Below are positions 13,705 through 27,126 of a DNA stretch of 64,000 nt, one piece after another (positions within the stretch are counted from its first letter, which is position 1; every line of letters begins with the position of its first letter). Where the stretch lies: positions 154,608,098 to 154,672,097 of the forward strand of contig NC_068981.1 of assembly GCF_001194135.2 (NCBI RefSeq), given 5' to 3'. Source of the DNA: Octopus bimaculoides (lineage: Eukaryota). The position numbers and the translations under genes are program-made. The notes under the pieces were generated by a model. That model saw only the letters and a program-made list of their open reading frames with translations, made no database searches and had not been told where the DNA came from.

Positions 13705-16370
13705 CATCATCATCATAATCAATTAATGTGCTTTCCATGCCTGTATGGATTGGATAGTTCAATAGGATCCAATATCTTACTCCAATGTCTCTGTTTTGGC
13801 ATAGTTTCTATTGTTGTTCACCCTTCCTAACGTTGACCACTTTAAAGAGTACTTTTTTCATGGTGCAGCTAGTGAAGTTGCCTTACAAAACAAAGAGATT
13901 CTGCAATTAAGAAAGAGAATAGGCGAGAGGTAGGTGGCTCTGCAAAGTGTTGAGAGGTTAAAGTATTATAGGAGAAAAGGTTTATTATTGTGGAAGAGAT
14001 TCAAGGCTACCATGCATTATATAAGGATGGGTGTGGTGAAGTGATACCGGAAGGGAGATAAAGGTAGTGGTGATGAGATACCAGAGTGTATTCTCAAGGT
14101 AACATGTCCAAAATGATTAACAGATGAGGGTGTGGAGACAAGGATCAGGAAAGGTGAGTAAAAGCTGTAAGAGCATGTGGGTGTGGTAAGGAAGATTGAA
14201 TGAATGATGCAGAGAAATCGAGGTGGAGATGGTCGGATGTATATAGGGGGTGAATGTAGTGAATGGTGAATGAGAGTAGGCAGTCAATGGTAAAAATAAG
14301 GGATGGATGTAAATAGAAAGTGGCTTGGGGAAAGAAGGAGTGATGACTGGTAGTGCAGAAAAGGTGATGATAAATGTAATAATATGTTCTGTTTTCATTA
14401 ATTAGAATTTTAAAATAATATAGTAAACAGAAGAGTGATGGAGAGATGAGTGAGGAGATGATGGGTAGCAGCAAATGTAGACTTGACTGGGAAGGATTTT
14501 GGATGAGGAGTTCTGTTGTGTACATGCACGTTATACTTACAGAACATCAGTTTCACCATGCTTGCACTGAAGGACAGGGTTTTCTCAAGCACTGCTTATC
14601 AACAATCATCTTGATCTTTTGTCATTTCCTAAGATCAGTTTTTGTCACTTCATGCCATTCTTCTTGGGTTTCCATTGTCCACAGTTTCCATCCATTGTAA
14701 GTGATCAACATTTCTTTGTATAGCTTTCCTCAACCATGTACATCACATGCCCATATTAACAGTCTTCTTCCTTGTATCAGGTCATCCCATAAATTCTGTC
14801 CGAATTTTGAATAAAGAAAACAAGTGATCAAATGTTATATTTAATTGAAATTTAATCATCAATGTACTTTCCTTGATTATCTATGACTTCCTTCCTTTTT
14901 AATCCCATCAATGTAAACATTTTTTGGTTTCAAAGCAAAGAACTCTGAAATGTCAGTTTTGACCTCCTCTTGGCTTGCGAAAGTTATGTCCCCCAAATGA
15001 TTCTGTAAACTATGAAATAAATGGTTAGTCTGAAGGAGTAAGGTCGGGAGAATAAGGTAGATGAGGAATTTTTTCCCAACCAAACTCTTCGATCTTCTGT
15101 GATGTGATCTTTGCAGTGTGGGCTCGCGCATTGTCCTGATGAAACATCACTCCTTTTCGATTCACTAAAGTAAGTCCTTTTTTCTTCAAAGCTTGGTTCA
15201 AATGCTCTAATTGCTGATAGTAGACTTGAGCATTGATTGTTGCATTAGGTGGTAACAATTCAAAGTGAATTACTCCTTTGCAATCCCACCAGATAGAGAG
15301 AAGAACCTTTTTCTCATGAAGTTCCCTTCTCAGTTGTGGTTGAGCTTTTACCCTTTTACTAAGCCACTGTTTATGGCGTTTAACATTTCAATAGAAGATC
15401 CATTTTTCGTCACCAGTCACAAGTCTATCCAAAAAGGGTGAAATGAGTTTGCGAGGATGGAGAGAAGAGCAGATGTCAACTCAAGATTTGCAGCTGCTTT
15501 TGGACAATTCATGAGGCACCCATTTTCCAAGTTTAGGAACCTTTCGAAGTTGATGAACAGTTGTATGGTTTGAACTAAGCTTTATTGCCAATTCTTCAAC
15601 TGATAATGCAGGATTTTCTTCAGCTAATGCCTCAAGGAGCTAATCATCAAACTTAACTGGACGTCCTGTTTAATCTTCATCTTCAAGGCTGAAATATCCA
15701 CTTCTGAATTTTGCAAGTTCTTTCATTCAAGCACTCTTTCCCATAAACTGAGTGTATGTTTCAAGTCACTTCAGCTGCAGAGTTTCCTTTTTTGTTCTCA
15801 TAAAGCATTATGTGCCTGAAATGCTCTTTGGATACTTCCATGTTAGAAAGGGTTTTAATCAAATTTAAATTCTATTATTCTGTAAAATAATATTTAATTA
15901 GTTTAAATGTACACAAATGTATAAAAATAATTTTTAATTCCATTAGACATTCTAAAATACTATTAAATTTCATTCAATTTTAAAAAAGGTAAAATCCGAC
16001 AGAACTTATGGGATGACCTGATGCATAGTTCTATTTTTGTCCATTTTTTTCTTTCAACACATTTCTACTCTGTTGTTTATGCACATCTGGCAGAACATGC
16101 TTGCTTCATTTTTTTTCTAATTTCTGAAGATTCTCTGCAGTCAGTGCCCACACCTCACTACCAACTTGCATTCTAGTTCATACAGAAGTATCATGCAGTC
16201 TGCGTCTCACTCTGAGAAAGAAACTTTTTATTCCAACTTAAGTAATAGCTCCTTGAATTTTTTTCCATCTTGTTCTTACTCCTGTTATTACACTTTCAGA
16301 ACATTCTCCGCCACAGCTAATCAGGTTACCTCGGTAATAGAAATTATCTAACACCTCTAGGTATTATCAA
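13705..16370 (-). mobile_element. Decayed RTE LINE with the same 3' UTR architecture, split by a mariner insertion
   Basis: 14520-14775 and 16022-16370 rejoin into sequence homologous to 1620-2100. A CT-rich UTR (14520-13900 on minus) and a (GAT)n tail at 13705 follow. Confidence 0.75.
14777..16021 (-). mobile_element. Near full-length mariner (DD34D) DNA transposon, transposase inactivated
   Basis: About 30-bp TIRs: tcaggtcatcccataaattctgtccgaatttt and aaaatccgacagaacttatgggatgacctga. TA on the left, TG on the right. Transposase starts at ATG 15841 (MEVSKEHFRHIMLY), with LVTGDEKW and HQDNA-(34 aa spacing)-YSPDLTPSD. Stops and frameshifts are present. Confidence 0.95.
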
Positions 16371-17530
16371 GGTAAATAATAGTATATGTCAACTGACAGA
16401 TAAACAGACATGATTATCTGGTTAAGAAGTTTGCTTCCTGATTAAATGGTTTCAGAGTTAATCTCAGTACACTGCAACTTAAACATGTGATCTGTATCAT
16501 AGATTCAATTGCCTAAAGTGTTGGAAGTGAAATTTCTGTAGATGGAAACTGTGTAGAAACCCATCACAGGCACTATTCCCATTCTGCAGTAGCAAACTTA
16601 ATTTGTCATTAGATTCATCATCACCACATCGTGGTTAGATACCTTCAGTGGAGTATACTTTATAGCAACCTCTTGGACCAGGCTTCTGATCTGAGAGTAA
16701 CAACTCCCTTTGTGTACCAGCTATGGAGGCTGTGAAGGAAATGTCATGGGCACTATTCTTCTAAAGCAAGTAAAAAGTAGGAATAGAAATAAACTTCTAA
16801 AATGAACAGGTTTTAAATATAACCAGAATAGCAATAAAATGGCCTCAGCTAGGGTGTAGATCACTAAAGTAATTGCTCATAGGCAATGTGCTCAAATCTG
16901 TTGGAAGCATTTCCTTATGTTCCTGGGTAGGACTCTTTACACCATATTATCTTAGTTCTATATACTATCTGAAATAGATACCAAAACACCAGGAAATATT
17001 ACTTTGATCGTCATAAACAAGGAAAATTGATCCAATCTTCTGGCACTGTAAGCCTTTTCTTGACTCTTTTGTCTTTTATTTTGGAGATGTTTTTCTACCA
17101 GTAACTACTGCTGTGGTTGTAGCTAACGGCTGTCACAATTTTCTTAACTGACAATTCTACTGAAAATGTGCTACAAGCAATGGTAAAAGTTAGATGGTAC
17201 TTTAAAACTATGATTTCTATGAAATCATAACAACAGTTATAGTCACTTCACAACTGACAGCTTACTCCTTATACCCTTGAGTTGTTTTCATACACTACAC
17301 CTTTTGACTAATAAAAACAGAAAATGGCTTTGTGCCTGCTAAAAGAAAAAAAAAATCAATATTATTTTCAAACCATTGTGGGTTTCCTCTGAGAAGAGAA
17401 TCATTCTTTAAATCTTTATTTTTAGGAGACCAAATGCATCCTTTCTCATGCCGATATAGATGCATTCATTCATTCATTACCTCAATACAGATTATTTATT
17501 TCCTAACAATTTACCAATGAAGCTTTGTTA

Positions 17531-18340
17531 GTTTATTAGATAACTAAGCTATTTTTCTCAGATTTAAAAGTTATTTCTCTAGCAAAAGTAGAACTATTGT
17601 TAAACATCACAAGTATATAAAAGAATGACACCTCTTAATTCTATTTTGCAAATGATCAATGCATGTAATAAATACAACAGGAAAAAAATTATATATAAAG
17701 GAATAACTCTATCCACTGTAATCTCCAGTTATTGAATTTTCCGTTTTATACCAGTTTTTGTATTCATAGCAAGTCAAGGAGCAAAAGGGAAAATGATGAA
17801 CAAAGCTTCTCATAGAGTGTCTGAATATCTAATGACCTGGAAATATTGCAATTCTTGGTGTTACATGGTTGACAGTTTATAAGGATAGTATTAATGTGCT
17901 CATTGAAGAGTTTTGTTCTTTGTAAACTTCTCATTCAGAGCAGAAATAATTCAATCAGATTTCATTTTCAAAGTTGAAGAATCAAAACAGTCAATCAGAA
18001 TATATTTCATGAATTGTTTTTCACTTTTAGCTCACATAAAACAACAATTCCAAATAGTTTTCAAACTATTTGAATACTTATATTAAAAATAAAATAAAAA
18101 AAAAAAAACAAGGATAAAATATGCAGATAAATCTGTATCTATAAAAATATGAAAGGTTTCCTCCACCCTGTGTGAATGTATGTGAAAATGAATTTATTTT
18201 TCTTACAAAAAAAAAAAATCACATCATAAGGGGATAGCTAGATTTAGGAAATCATGCTACCTAGCCTATTTATTTGTTTATTAGATAACTAAGCTATTTT
18301 TCTCAGATTCAAAAGTTATTTCTTTAGCAAAAGTAGAACT
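17531..18340. repeat. 65-bp direct repeat pair (17531-17595 / 18276-18340)
   Basis: gtttattagataactaagctatttttctcagatt(t/c)aaaagttatttct(c/t)tagcaaaagtagaact, two mismatches. Confidence 0.92.
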
Positions 18341-19660
18341 GAAAACACTCTCTGATGCCAGATACTACTTAAAATGTTACATATTCCCTCTTCTTCATGG
18401 CTAACATATATAACACTAAAATATTACACTTTTGAATTGCTTACATTCAGACCATCACTGGTTCCCATGGGTCCTACTATTTACTTTAACATGAAGTTAA
18501 TAAATTGTGAAATTGTAACTGAGATGTTATTCATATTAAATCGATAATTAACACTGGATTGTGGGGGACCCAAGAGAGAATAGCATGTAAGAACAAGATG
18601 CAAGTACAGCGGTATGAGAGCCTGTATCAAATAATTCCTCTAGCCCAAAGCATTTTTTATACTTGTTAAGAACAGAGATAGTGGCAGTGCAAAAGTAGAC
18701 ATTAAAATAATAATGATGATGACGGCAGCAGTGCTGGTAGTAGTAGTAGTACAGGTGATGGCGGTAACAACAACTTTATTATAACTTATTTCTTTATTTC
18801 AATGTCTTTATTTCTTGGAAGCAACTAGCTCAGACTATTTTAATATAATCATCTAACTTAACTGAAATGTTCATCTCCAAAGATGCAAGTCTCCAGAACT
18901 CACTAGAAATATTATTGACACACACTGTTCTCAACATTCAATATTCTGCTGTAAGGTATTTTTACAAACTATATGCTTTGATATTTTCTAGCAGTATCAT
19001 TAAGAGATATAATTAGCATGCAACATTGATTAAGAATTCAGTACATGATTGGGAGGGAACAAGTAAAAGACAAATAAAGAAACAAAGAATCTTTTAAAAG
19101 TTGTTTGAGAACTGAAATGAAAGTGCTGGAGGTAGTGATATAGCTTGCAAGATGTAGTTGACAGTATTTGTCAACTAGCTGACATAGCTAGCTGCTAGAA
19201 TTGTGTAACCTGAGGTCAGCTCTCATCAAAAAGGCCTCTGGCATATGAAGCAGCAGCTCAAACAACAATCTAGTAGTCCAAATATACCATGACCATACCC
19301 AAACAAATACCGTTCTACTTCTTCTGACATAGAGTGTTTTATCATATGAGATTACAGCGTGATAATTAGGATATCGTCTATCTTTTATTTGTTTCAGTCA
19401 TTAGACTGCAGCTGTAACATGCTGGGGGCATCGCCTTGAAGTGTTTAGTCAAACAAATCAACTCCAGTGCTTTTTTTGTTTTTAAAGTCTGGTTCTTGTT
19501 TTATTGGTCTTTTTTGTTGATCTATTAAGTTACAAGGACATAAACAAACCAGCACTGGTTGTCACACAGTGGATAGAACAAACACAAACACACACATACA
19601 TATACATATTTAATGATTTTGCTTAGGCATAGCAATACTTATAATCTATTGTTAGAACTC

Positions 19661-19701
<41 letters not shown>

Positions 19702-22700
19702 ACGCACACACACACACACACGCACACTAGGCTTTCATGCAGTTTCCATCTACCAAATTCACTCAAAAGGCACTGGTTGGCCCAGCACTGTAGTAGAAGA
19801 CATTTGTCCAAGGTGTGTGCAGTGAAACTGAACCTAAAACCACATAATTGCAAAGTGATTATTTTTAGTGACACAGATAAGCCTGCAATATGCTGATGTG
19901 TTGCCACAAACCAGTCTCTTTATGAAAAGTCTGTCAGCACTGTTGTTCAACCCTAGGTGAGTTCTACTCAAGCAGACCTATGATCAAAAGATATTCTAGT
20001 CATGATTACTGTTTTTATTCTGATATGGTTTAACTGAGACAATATCATCAAATTTTTTATCTTTTATCTTTTACTTGTTTCAGGCTCAATGTAGAGGCAG
20101 AAATGGTGGATTAGCTAGTCAACAACAGTTGCTCTTCCTCTTGGCACTAATCAGTAATGTGCAGAGATACACATTAATGCTAATAAGGTGATTAAAGTTA
20201 CTGCCATGTTTGTGTTTGTATTTTCTTCTAATGGACACTGGTTTTAAAATAGAATTGTATTACATTGGCATTTTGTAGATGTCATTTTTGAATGTTTAAT
20301 GTACATGTAGTAGCAGGGATTGTGCAGACTGGAGCTTGCTGTTGCAAGGAACTGTACTACTTATGATATTTCATTTCTGGTATTTTTGCTTCACTGCATT
20401 GGTAGGTTTGGCCTCTGTGCCACTTGTGATATGAATATTCAGTTTTGTATCATTTGTGATTTCCTGAGAAGAAGCTAGGATTCAGACAGGACTGCTATAA
20501 TCCATGGTATATCTGGTGTTAGTAAACTAATGATATTTCTTCCTGATGGCCAAAACTAGTATCTGTGAGTTAATAATCTCAACTAATGTTCTGAAACCAA
20601 GCTTTGATGTATAACTGGAGAAGTTTTTGCAGGTTGGTGGGAATATGACTGTGTTATCATCTGTATAATGAGGTTCTGTGTATGATTTGAAATGTGGGGA
20701 GGAAGTGTTGTTAAAAGCTGAAGAGAGGTAGGTTCTTTTGGTATTCCATTTGAGAAAATGTGAATTCTGCTAAAGGCTTAAGTTCTGCAGCCATGCTAAC
20801 CACATTAGTTTCAAATTTTGGCACAAGGCCAACAATTTAGGATGGGGCTATGTCAATTACATTCACCCCAGTGTTCAACTGATACTTATTTTATTGACCC
20901 CCAAAAGGATGAAAGGCAAAGTCAACCTTGGTGGAATTTAAACTCAGAATGCAAAGAGAGACAAAATGCTTAGCATCATTTTGTCTGGTACAGTGATGAT
21001 TCAGCTAGCTTGCCATCTTAGCCATGCTGATCATACTCACTGCAGTACTTATTTCAATCTTGCTTTTAATTCATTAATCTCTGCTTATCAAGTTGGTAAG
21101 TCCTTTTTTATTTTGGCACAACTCTGTGCTTTGACTGATGTTGTTGGGTCAAACAAAAATAAATACAAACACTTACTTATATATATACATATGACAGGAT
21201 TTTGCATGCTTTCTGTCTATCAAATTCCAGTTACAACGCATAAGTCAACTAAAGGATATGGTGCAAAGCAGTGGGATTAAACCTGGAGCCATCTAGTTCT
21301 TCACCTCACAACCATGTCTATGTATATTATATAGGATTGGCATCCTGAAAGACAGTTTGCTAGCAAGTATTTTGTGTTCTTCCATTATTAGCTGGTTGGT
21401 TAAAGTGACTCAATCAAAAATTTTGTTGATGCCAATATAAATGAAAGCATAATGAGGGTGTGTATGAGCTGAAGAGAAGTGGGGAGGGGGAAGGGTGAAG
21501 TAATCATGCGTGATATTGGTGTCAAATTGCATGCTGTGAGTTAGAAATATGAATGTGTGAATTAATGACATCAAAAACGAATCTCACTAGGAAAGTTTAG
21601 GAGAGATGTATTAGTCTTTGAATGCTGCTTTGAATGTGATGATTTTGCCGAATTTCTTAATTCTTACAGGAAGGCAGTAATACAGGTTTCAATTTTGGCA
21701 CACAATCAGCAAGTTTCAAACAAAGGATAAGTCAATTATATCGACCCCAGTGCTCAACTAATACTTCATTTTATCAACCCCGAAAGGATGAAAGGTAAAT
21801 CAACTTCAGCAGAATTTGAACTCAGAATGTAAATTCCCTTGAAATGCCACTAAGCATTTTACCTAGCATGCTAATGATTCTGTCAGCTCACTGCCTTTCA
21901 GCAGCAAAGCAGTAATATTGTCAGGTAGATGAAGATAGGTGACATATCTAAAATTGGAGGTGGTTGCAATAAAAGTACAGTAAAGTAAAAAAACAAGGGA
22001 AAAATATTTCAGAGAGCCATTGACAGCAAAGGGTTTTCTTTCTTTCCTTATGAAGACTGAAGTATATGTAAGAATTGAAATGCTGCAAGGTTGTAAAGTA
22101 TTGGCATTAAATATGAAAGAATTGTGGAAACCAGAAAGAAAGAAATTAAGTATAATCCAATAGATACAAAACATTAATGGGCATGAAAAGTAGAACACAT
22201 TTGAACTGAGACTGTGGCTGGGTAGTAAATATATAAAAAGTATAAAATGCAGTATCTAAGGAACTACTTGTAGAAATATACACATACAACGTGAACAGAT
22301 GATTCCTGCTGGGTGGAAAAGTTTCGATATATTGAGAAAACAAAAGAAAAAACAGGGAGAACAGATCAAATAATGTTGAACTTCACTGATGAGATGGCAG
22401 GTGATTTTATGTAGGCCAGCTCACCCTGTATGAGCATGGAAAATTATGTAAAATGATTATGATGATGATGATGATAATGAAGCATAGACACAAAACATTT
22501 TAAGGATGCTGCATTGGGTTGTTTATTATTATATAAAACCATCCCACCTGGTCATATAAATAATATATATATATACATTCTTTTACCTGTTTCAGTCATT
22601 AGACTATGATCATGCTGGAGCACTGCCTTGAAGAAATTTTAGTCAAATGAATCAACCCCAGTGTTTAACTTTTTAAAGTCTGGTACTTATTTTATCAATC

Positions 22701-22995
22701 TGTTTTGTTGAACCACTAAATTACGAGGATGTGAACACACCAACACTGGTTGTCAAGCAGTGGTGGTGGTGGAGGGACAAACAGACAAAAAGACACACAT
22801 ATGACAGGCTTCCTTCAGTTTCTGTCAGCCAAATCCACTCACAAGGCTTTGGTTAACCCAAGGCTATAGTAAAAGACATTTGCCAAAGATGCTATGCAAT
22901 GGGACTGAACCCAAAACCATGTGGTTGAGAAGCAAGCTTCTTACCACATCGCCACACCTGTGTCTATTATATATGTACAATATATATCACATGAA

Positions 22996-23356
22996 ATCTT
23001 TCGAGCGGGATCGTTGCCAGTGCCCCTGAACTGGCTCTTGTGCGGGGCCGTCGTAGGATTTTCGAGCGAGATCGTTGTCGGTGCCCCTGGACTGGCTCTT
23101 GTGCGGGTGACACATGAGGTCTTTCGAGCGAGATGAGCGTGGCCGTTGCCAGTACCGCCTGACTGGCCTTCGTGCGGATGACACGTAAAAGCACCCACTA
23201 CACTCTCTGAGTGGTTGGCGTTAGGAAGGGCATCCAGCTGTAGAAACTCTGCCAAATCAGATTGAAGCCTGGTGTAGCCATCTGATTTCACCAGTCCTCA
23301 GTCAAATCGTCCAACCCATGCTAGCATGGAAAGCGGACGTTAAACGACGACAACGA
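22996..23356 (+). mobile_element. SINE or short retroposon family B, young CpG-rich copy. Relatives: 35605-35880 (-), 46480-47375 (+), 39440-39660 (+, tail only)
   Basis: Three internal repeats of about 62 bp, then gcacccactacactctc.gagtggttggc.ttaggaagggcatcca...gtccaacccatgctagcatggaaagcggacgttaaa(cga)n. Confidence 0.85.
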
Positions 23357-25089
23357 TATATATATATATATATATATATATAGTGGAATATTCCCCATTG
23401 TTATCTTCTTTATATTTTATCTTTTACTTGTTTCCTTCCTTATGAAGACTGTTTCAGTCATTGGAATTCAGCCAAGCTGAGGCACTGCCTTAAAGGGTTT
23501 TAGTTGAACAAATCAACCCCAGTACTTATTTTTTAAGTCTGGTCTTTTTTGCCAAACTGCTAGATTACAGGGACATAAACAAACCAACACTGGTTACTAA
23601 GTGGGTAGGGGGCACAAGAACAAAGATGCATATACATATATGATGGGTTTCCACACAAGTGCCATCTACCAAATTCACTGACAGACATTGTTCAACCTGG
23701 AGTTATAGCAAAGGACATTTAGCCAAGGTATTGCACAATGGAACTGAACATGAATTGAATTAGTTACAAAACAAGCTTCATAACAATATAGCTATGCTTG
23801 CACCTTTATATATATATATAAAATTTCACAATAATTCAATGCTGTTTATAATCAGTATTTCAAATTTGCCAGCTATCATAGAGGTTTTTCATTGCCTTCT
23901 TAAAATCAAATTAATCTTAATTACAAAAAGCGGTTTTTTTTAAAATGACCCTGTACATCAAAGCATATGATATTATTAAATATAGTTTTGTTAGGATTTA
24001 TCAGAAGCAGCATATACAAGTCAGAGAATAAAAATGTGGTAAACAATGAGCTTTATATTGATTTTTAAGTCAAAGAAAAGTGATAATGAGTGTCATAAAT
24101 TTAGAAGCAGATACTTAGAAATAAATTAATAAGTTAACAGATTTATCATTTGCTGATTTTCTTAGAAAACTGAATCTGAAAAACACTTTTATTAATGCAA
24201 GAACACTTGGTTATTATAAGAATATTGGGAATTTTTCAGCCCAATTGTTACAAACTGCTGTGAGTATGTGTGTGTGGGGGGGTATGTGTGTGTGTGTGTA
24301 TGCATGCACACTTATACATAAATACACACTGCTGAAGATGACAGTGATGAATGAAGAAAATTAATTATTCAGCAAATTCAGCATTGACTGGACGAGATTT
24401 AGGATAGAATCTTCACCTGAGCTTTATTATCAAAGGTTTCATAAATATCCAATAAATATCAACACATCATAACCATAAGGTCATTCATTATAATACAATT
24501 ATTTGAAAATATTATTGTCATCTTATACCCAACTACAATTTTTGTAATGTCTCCTCTTCCTTCTTCAAGCAGCCTCAAATGAGATACTTTTCGCAATGCT
24601 GCACCAGGAATCTCTGTTCCTCAAAAACTTTGCTAGGTCCTCAGTTTTATGTTGTATGTCTCTACCAATAACATAAATGTAGTGAAGGTGTGTGGCTTAG
24701 TGGTTAGGATATTCAGCTCACAATCATGAAGTCACGAGTTCAATTCCTGGTGGTGCATTATGTCCTTGAGCAAGACACTTTACTTCATGTTGCTCCAGTC
24801 CATTCAGCTGGTGAAAATGAGTAGTACCTCTATTTCAGAGGGTCAGCTTTGTCACATTCTGTGTCACATTATATTTCCTTGAGAACTATGATAAGGGTGC
24901 ATGTGTCTGTGGCATGCTCAGCGACTTGCATGTTAATTTTACAAGCAGGCTGTTCCATTGATCAGATCAACTGGAACCCTTGTCGTTGTAACCAATGGAA
25001 TGCTAGTTAACATCAATGTAGTTGAGTGGTGTTCATCTTCTATTAAAGGGTGAAAATCTCCCAAATACAACATCTGATTTTGTTCATCA

Positions 25090-25297
25090 TGTGGGCACTG
25101 TCCAGTAAAACTTATCCTGCATTAAACAACAGCAGTAAAGATGAGTGGAATGTGTCCATAAGTCTCCTCTTTGGTCTTGTGTTCATGACATGTATACTTT
25201 GACACCTTATGAGAAACCTGGTGTATGTACTATGAAGGTAATCATAAAGCTCCTTCTTTATAGTCCAAGTTTTAACTTCAGAGAGAAGACACATACC
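25090..25297 (-). mobile_element. LINE fragment related to 43040-43520
   Basis: LLSEVKTWTIKKELYDYLHSTYTRFL. Confidence 0.5.
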
Positions 25298-26139
25298 TTA
25301 AACCTTTTTATACTAACCCCCTGAGACCAACCTTGATCTTTTGATACAAATTTACCATTTTAAAGTGATCTAAATTGAAACTTACCATTACAATTTTGTG
25401 TTAATTTATGTTCCAGACACTAGCTTAATAGTGGCAAAGTTATTTTACCAAGTTTTTCATTATTTTCAAAATTAATTGAAATAAAGGCTATGTATTTCAA
25501 CAGAGATATGGTAATGAAAAGGTTAAAGTAGGCCAATCACACTCAAGTATTGTAAGTATAATCACTATATCCAGGAATAGAATTAAGAGATGTTTTAGAT
25601 ATAATAGTTGGCTTAAAAGATTACTAAGTAAGGTTCACATACAGCAAGATTTAAAAAAAAATTGAATTGTTCCATTGTTCTAAAGTAATTGTGCAGTTAA
25701 AAATTCCAATTTTAAAAGATGCCATCTGGAAAATGATCTCAACTGCATTGAAATTAGATTAATTACTTAACTGTATGCTGTACTTTGTAATTATTGACAC
25801 TAGTTTATTATTAATGCATCAACATTGTCTGAGAAGCAGCAGGAAGATGCTTATAATTTAATAACAAATATTCTCTGCTGTATCAGGGCAGATGAAAAGC
25901 CAAATTAAATGCAAATTGCATCAGGTGAGTTGTAAGAACTGTAACACTACTTTAGTTAGAGAAGCTGCTAAGAGAGAGAGAGAAAAAAAAAGAAAACTAT
26001 TGGTTAATATAAAACAAACTTTAGGATGCCCCACTCTTAATCCAAGGATAAGCAAATTGGAACTGCAAGATCTAAATGTCCATGATTTTTAAAAAGAGAT
26101 TTACTCTGCAGTTATTATTGTTATTACTGTGGTTTAGTT

Positions 26140-26310
26140 CCAAATGAGTTCTGATTGAGCAGACGTAATGATCAAAAGTCATTATAGACTAAACTATCCT
26201 GACCAATAGTAGCTCATATATCTTTCCCATTTTAAGAGAAAAGAATGTAATTTGAGAGATCTGGCTGCTATTTCTAGTAGGTCAAGTGACTGCTTAAAGG
26301 CTTCTACATT
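26140..26310 (+). repeat. Dispersed repeat family D fragments (also about 11980-12110, 26740-26850, 26990-27126, 30950-31100, 31180-31390, 39200-39380 on +; 34200-34370 and 63060-63200 on -)
   Basis: Recurrent tgtgatttga(g/a)ggagatttggctgctatttctagcagg and atgatcaaa...ttccagccatgacc motifs. The class is not determined. Confidence 0.7.
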
Positions 26311-27126
26311 GACTCCTGCTATTAGAATGTCAGTGGGTAGGTTGAACTCTTGATCACCTAACCAATTTCAGGGTTTCTTGGCGAAGATACAATCGAAAGA
26401 GTTGTTTCTATTGTCTATATGACATCTGTAAGAGAAATGAATTGAACACTGGTTGAGCTTACACTCCCTCTTCCTTTCTCAGAACACAGGCACATAAAAT
26501 ATAATTTTCTCAGAAAAGGAATAAATTAAAAATAAAATGTTTCCAAACCAAAAGATAGACAGCAAATCTTTTAAAGCCGAGCCAATCTTTTTTGTAGTAA
26601 CTGATTAAGAAAAGGGGAAAAATTTTTCATTTTCTGGAGTTGTTTTTCCCTATGTCTATCCAACTCAAACAAACCAATGATCCAATGAAATCCAATCATG
26701 GCCAATCTATCTTTTTCCTACACAGTTTACCCAGTGCTGCATTATCTATCGTATGCTTCCTTTCTTCTTTGAGAGTAGGGCATGATCTGAGTGAGGTTTA
26801 GTTTCTATTTCTAGCAGATTGAGTGGTTGCACAGAGGTCCCCATCCTTTTGGTTTGAATTGTCAAATGTAATTTCTTTGGGTCATAAATAAATTGACAAC
26901 TAGAGACAAGACGAGTGTAAAATGAGAGAAATGACAGTGCGAGAAAATAAGAAAACTAAAGGATATCAGTTCTTATTGTCCACTCTCTGGTCAGACCTCA
27001 GATCACAAGATATTCTGACCATGACATTGCATCTGTTGTTTAGAGATGTTGCAAATCTAGAAGTACATTAGCTACAATGTTCCTCTATTTTCAAGATGTG
27101 ATTTGAAGGAGGCTTGGTGCTGTTTC

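Noticed and set aside
20100-20780. Second Penelope-like relic on the minus strand (CQC...CPL motif)
   Set aside because: Too decayed to call from one short motif; it needs a profile search.
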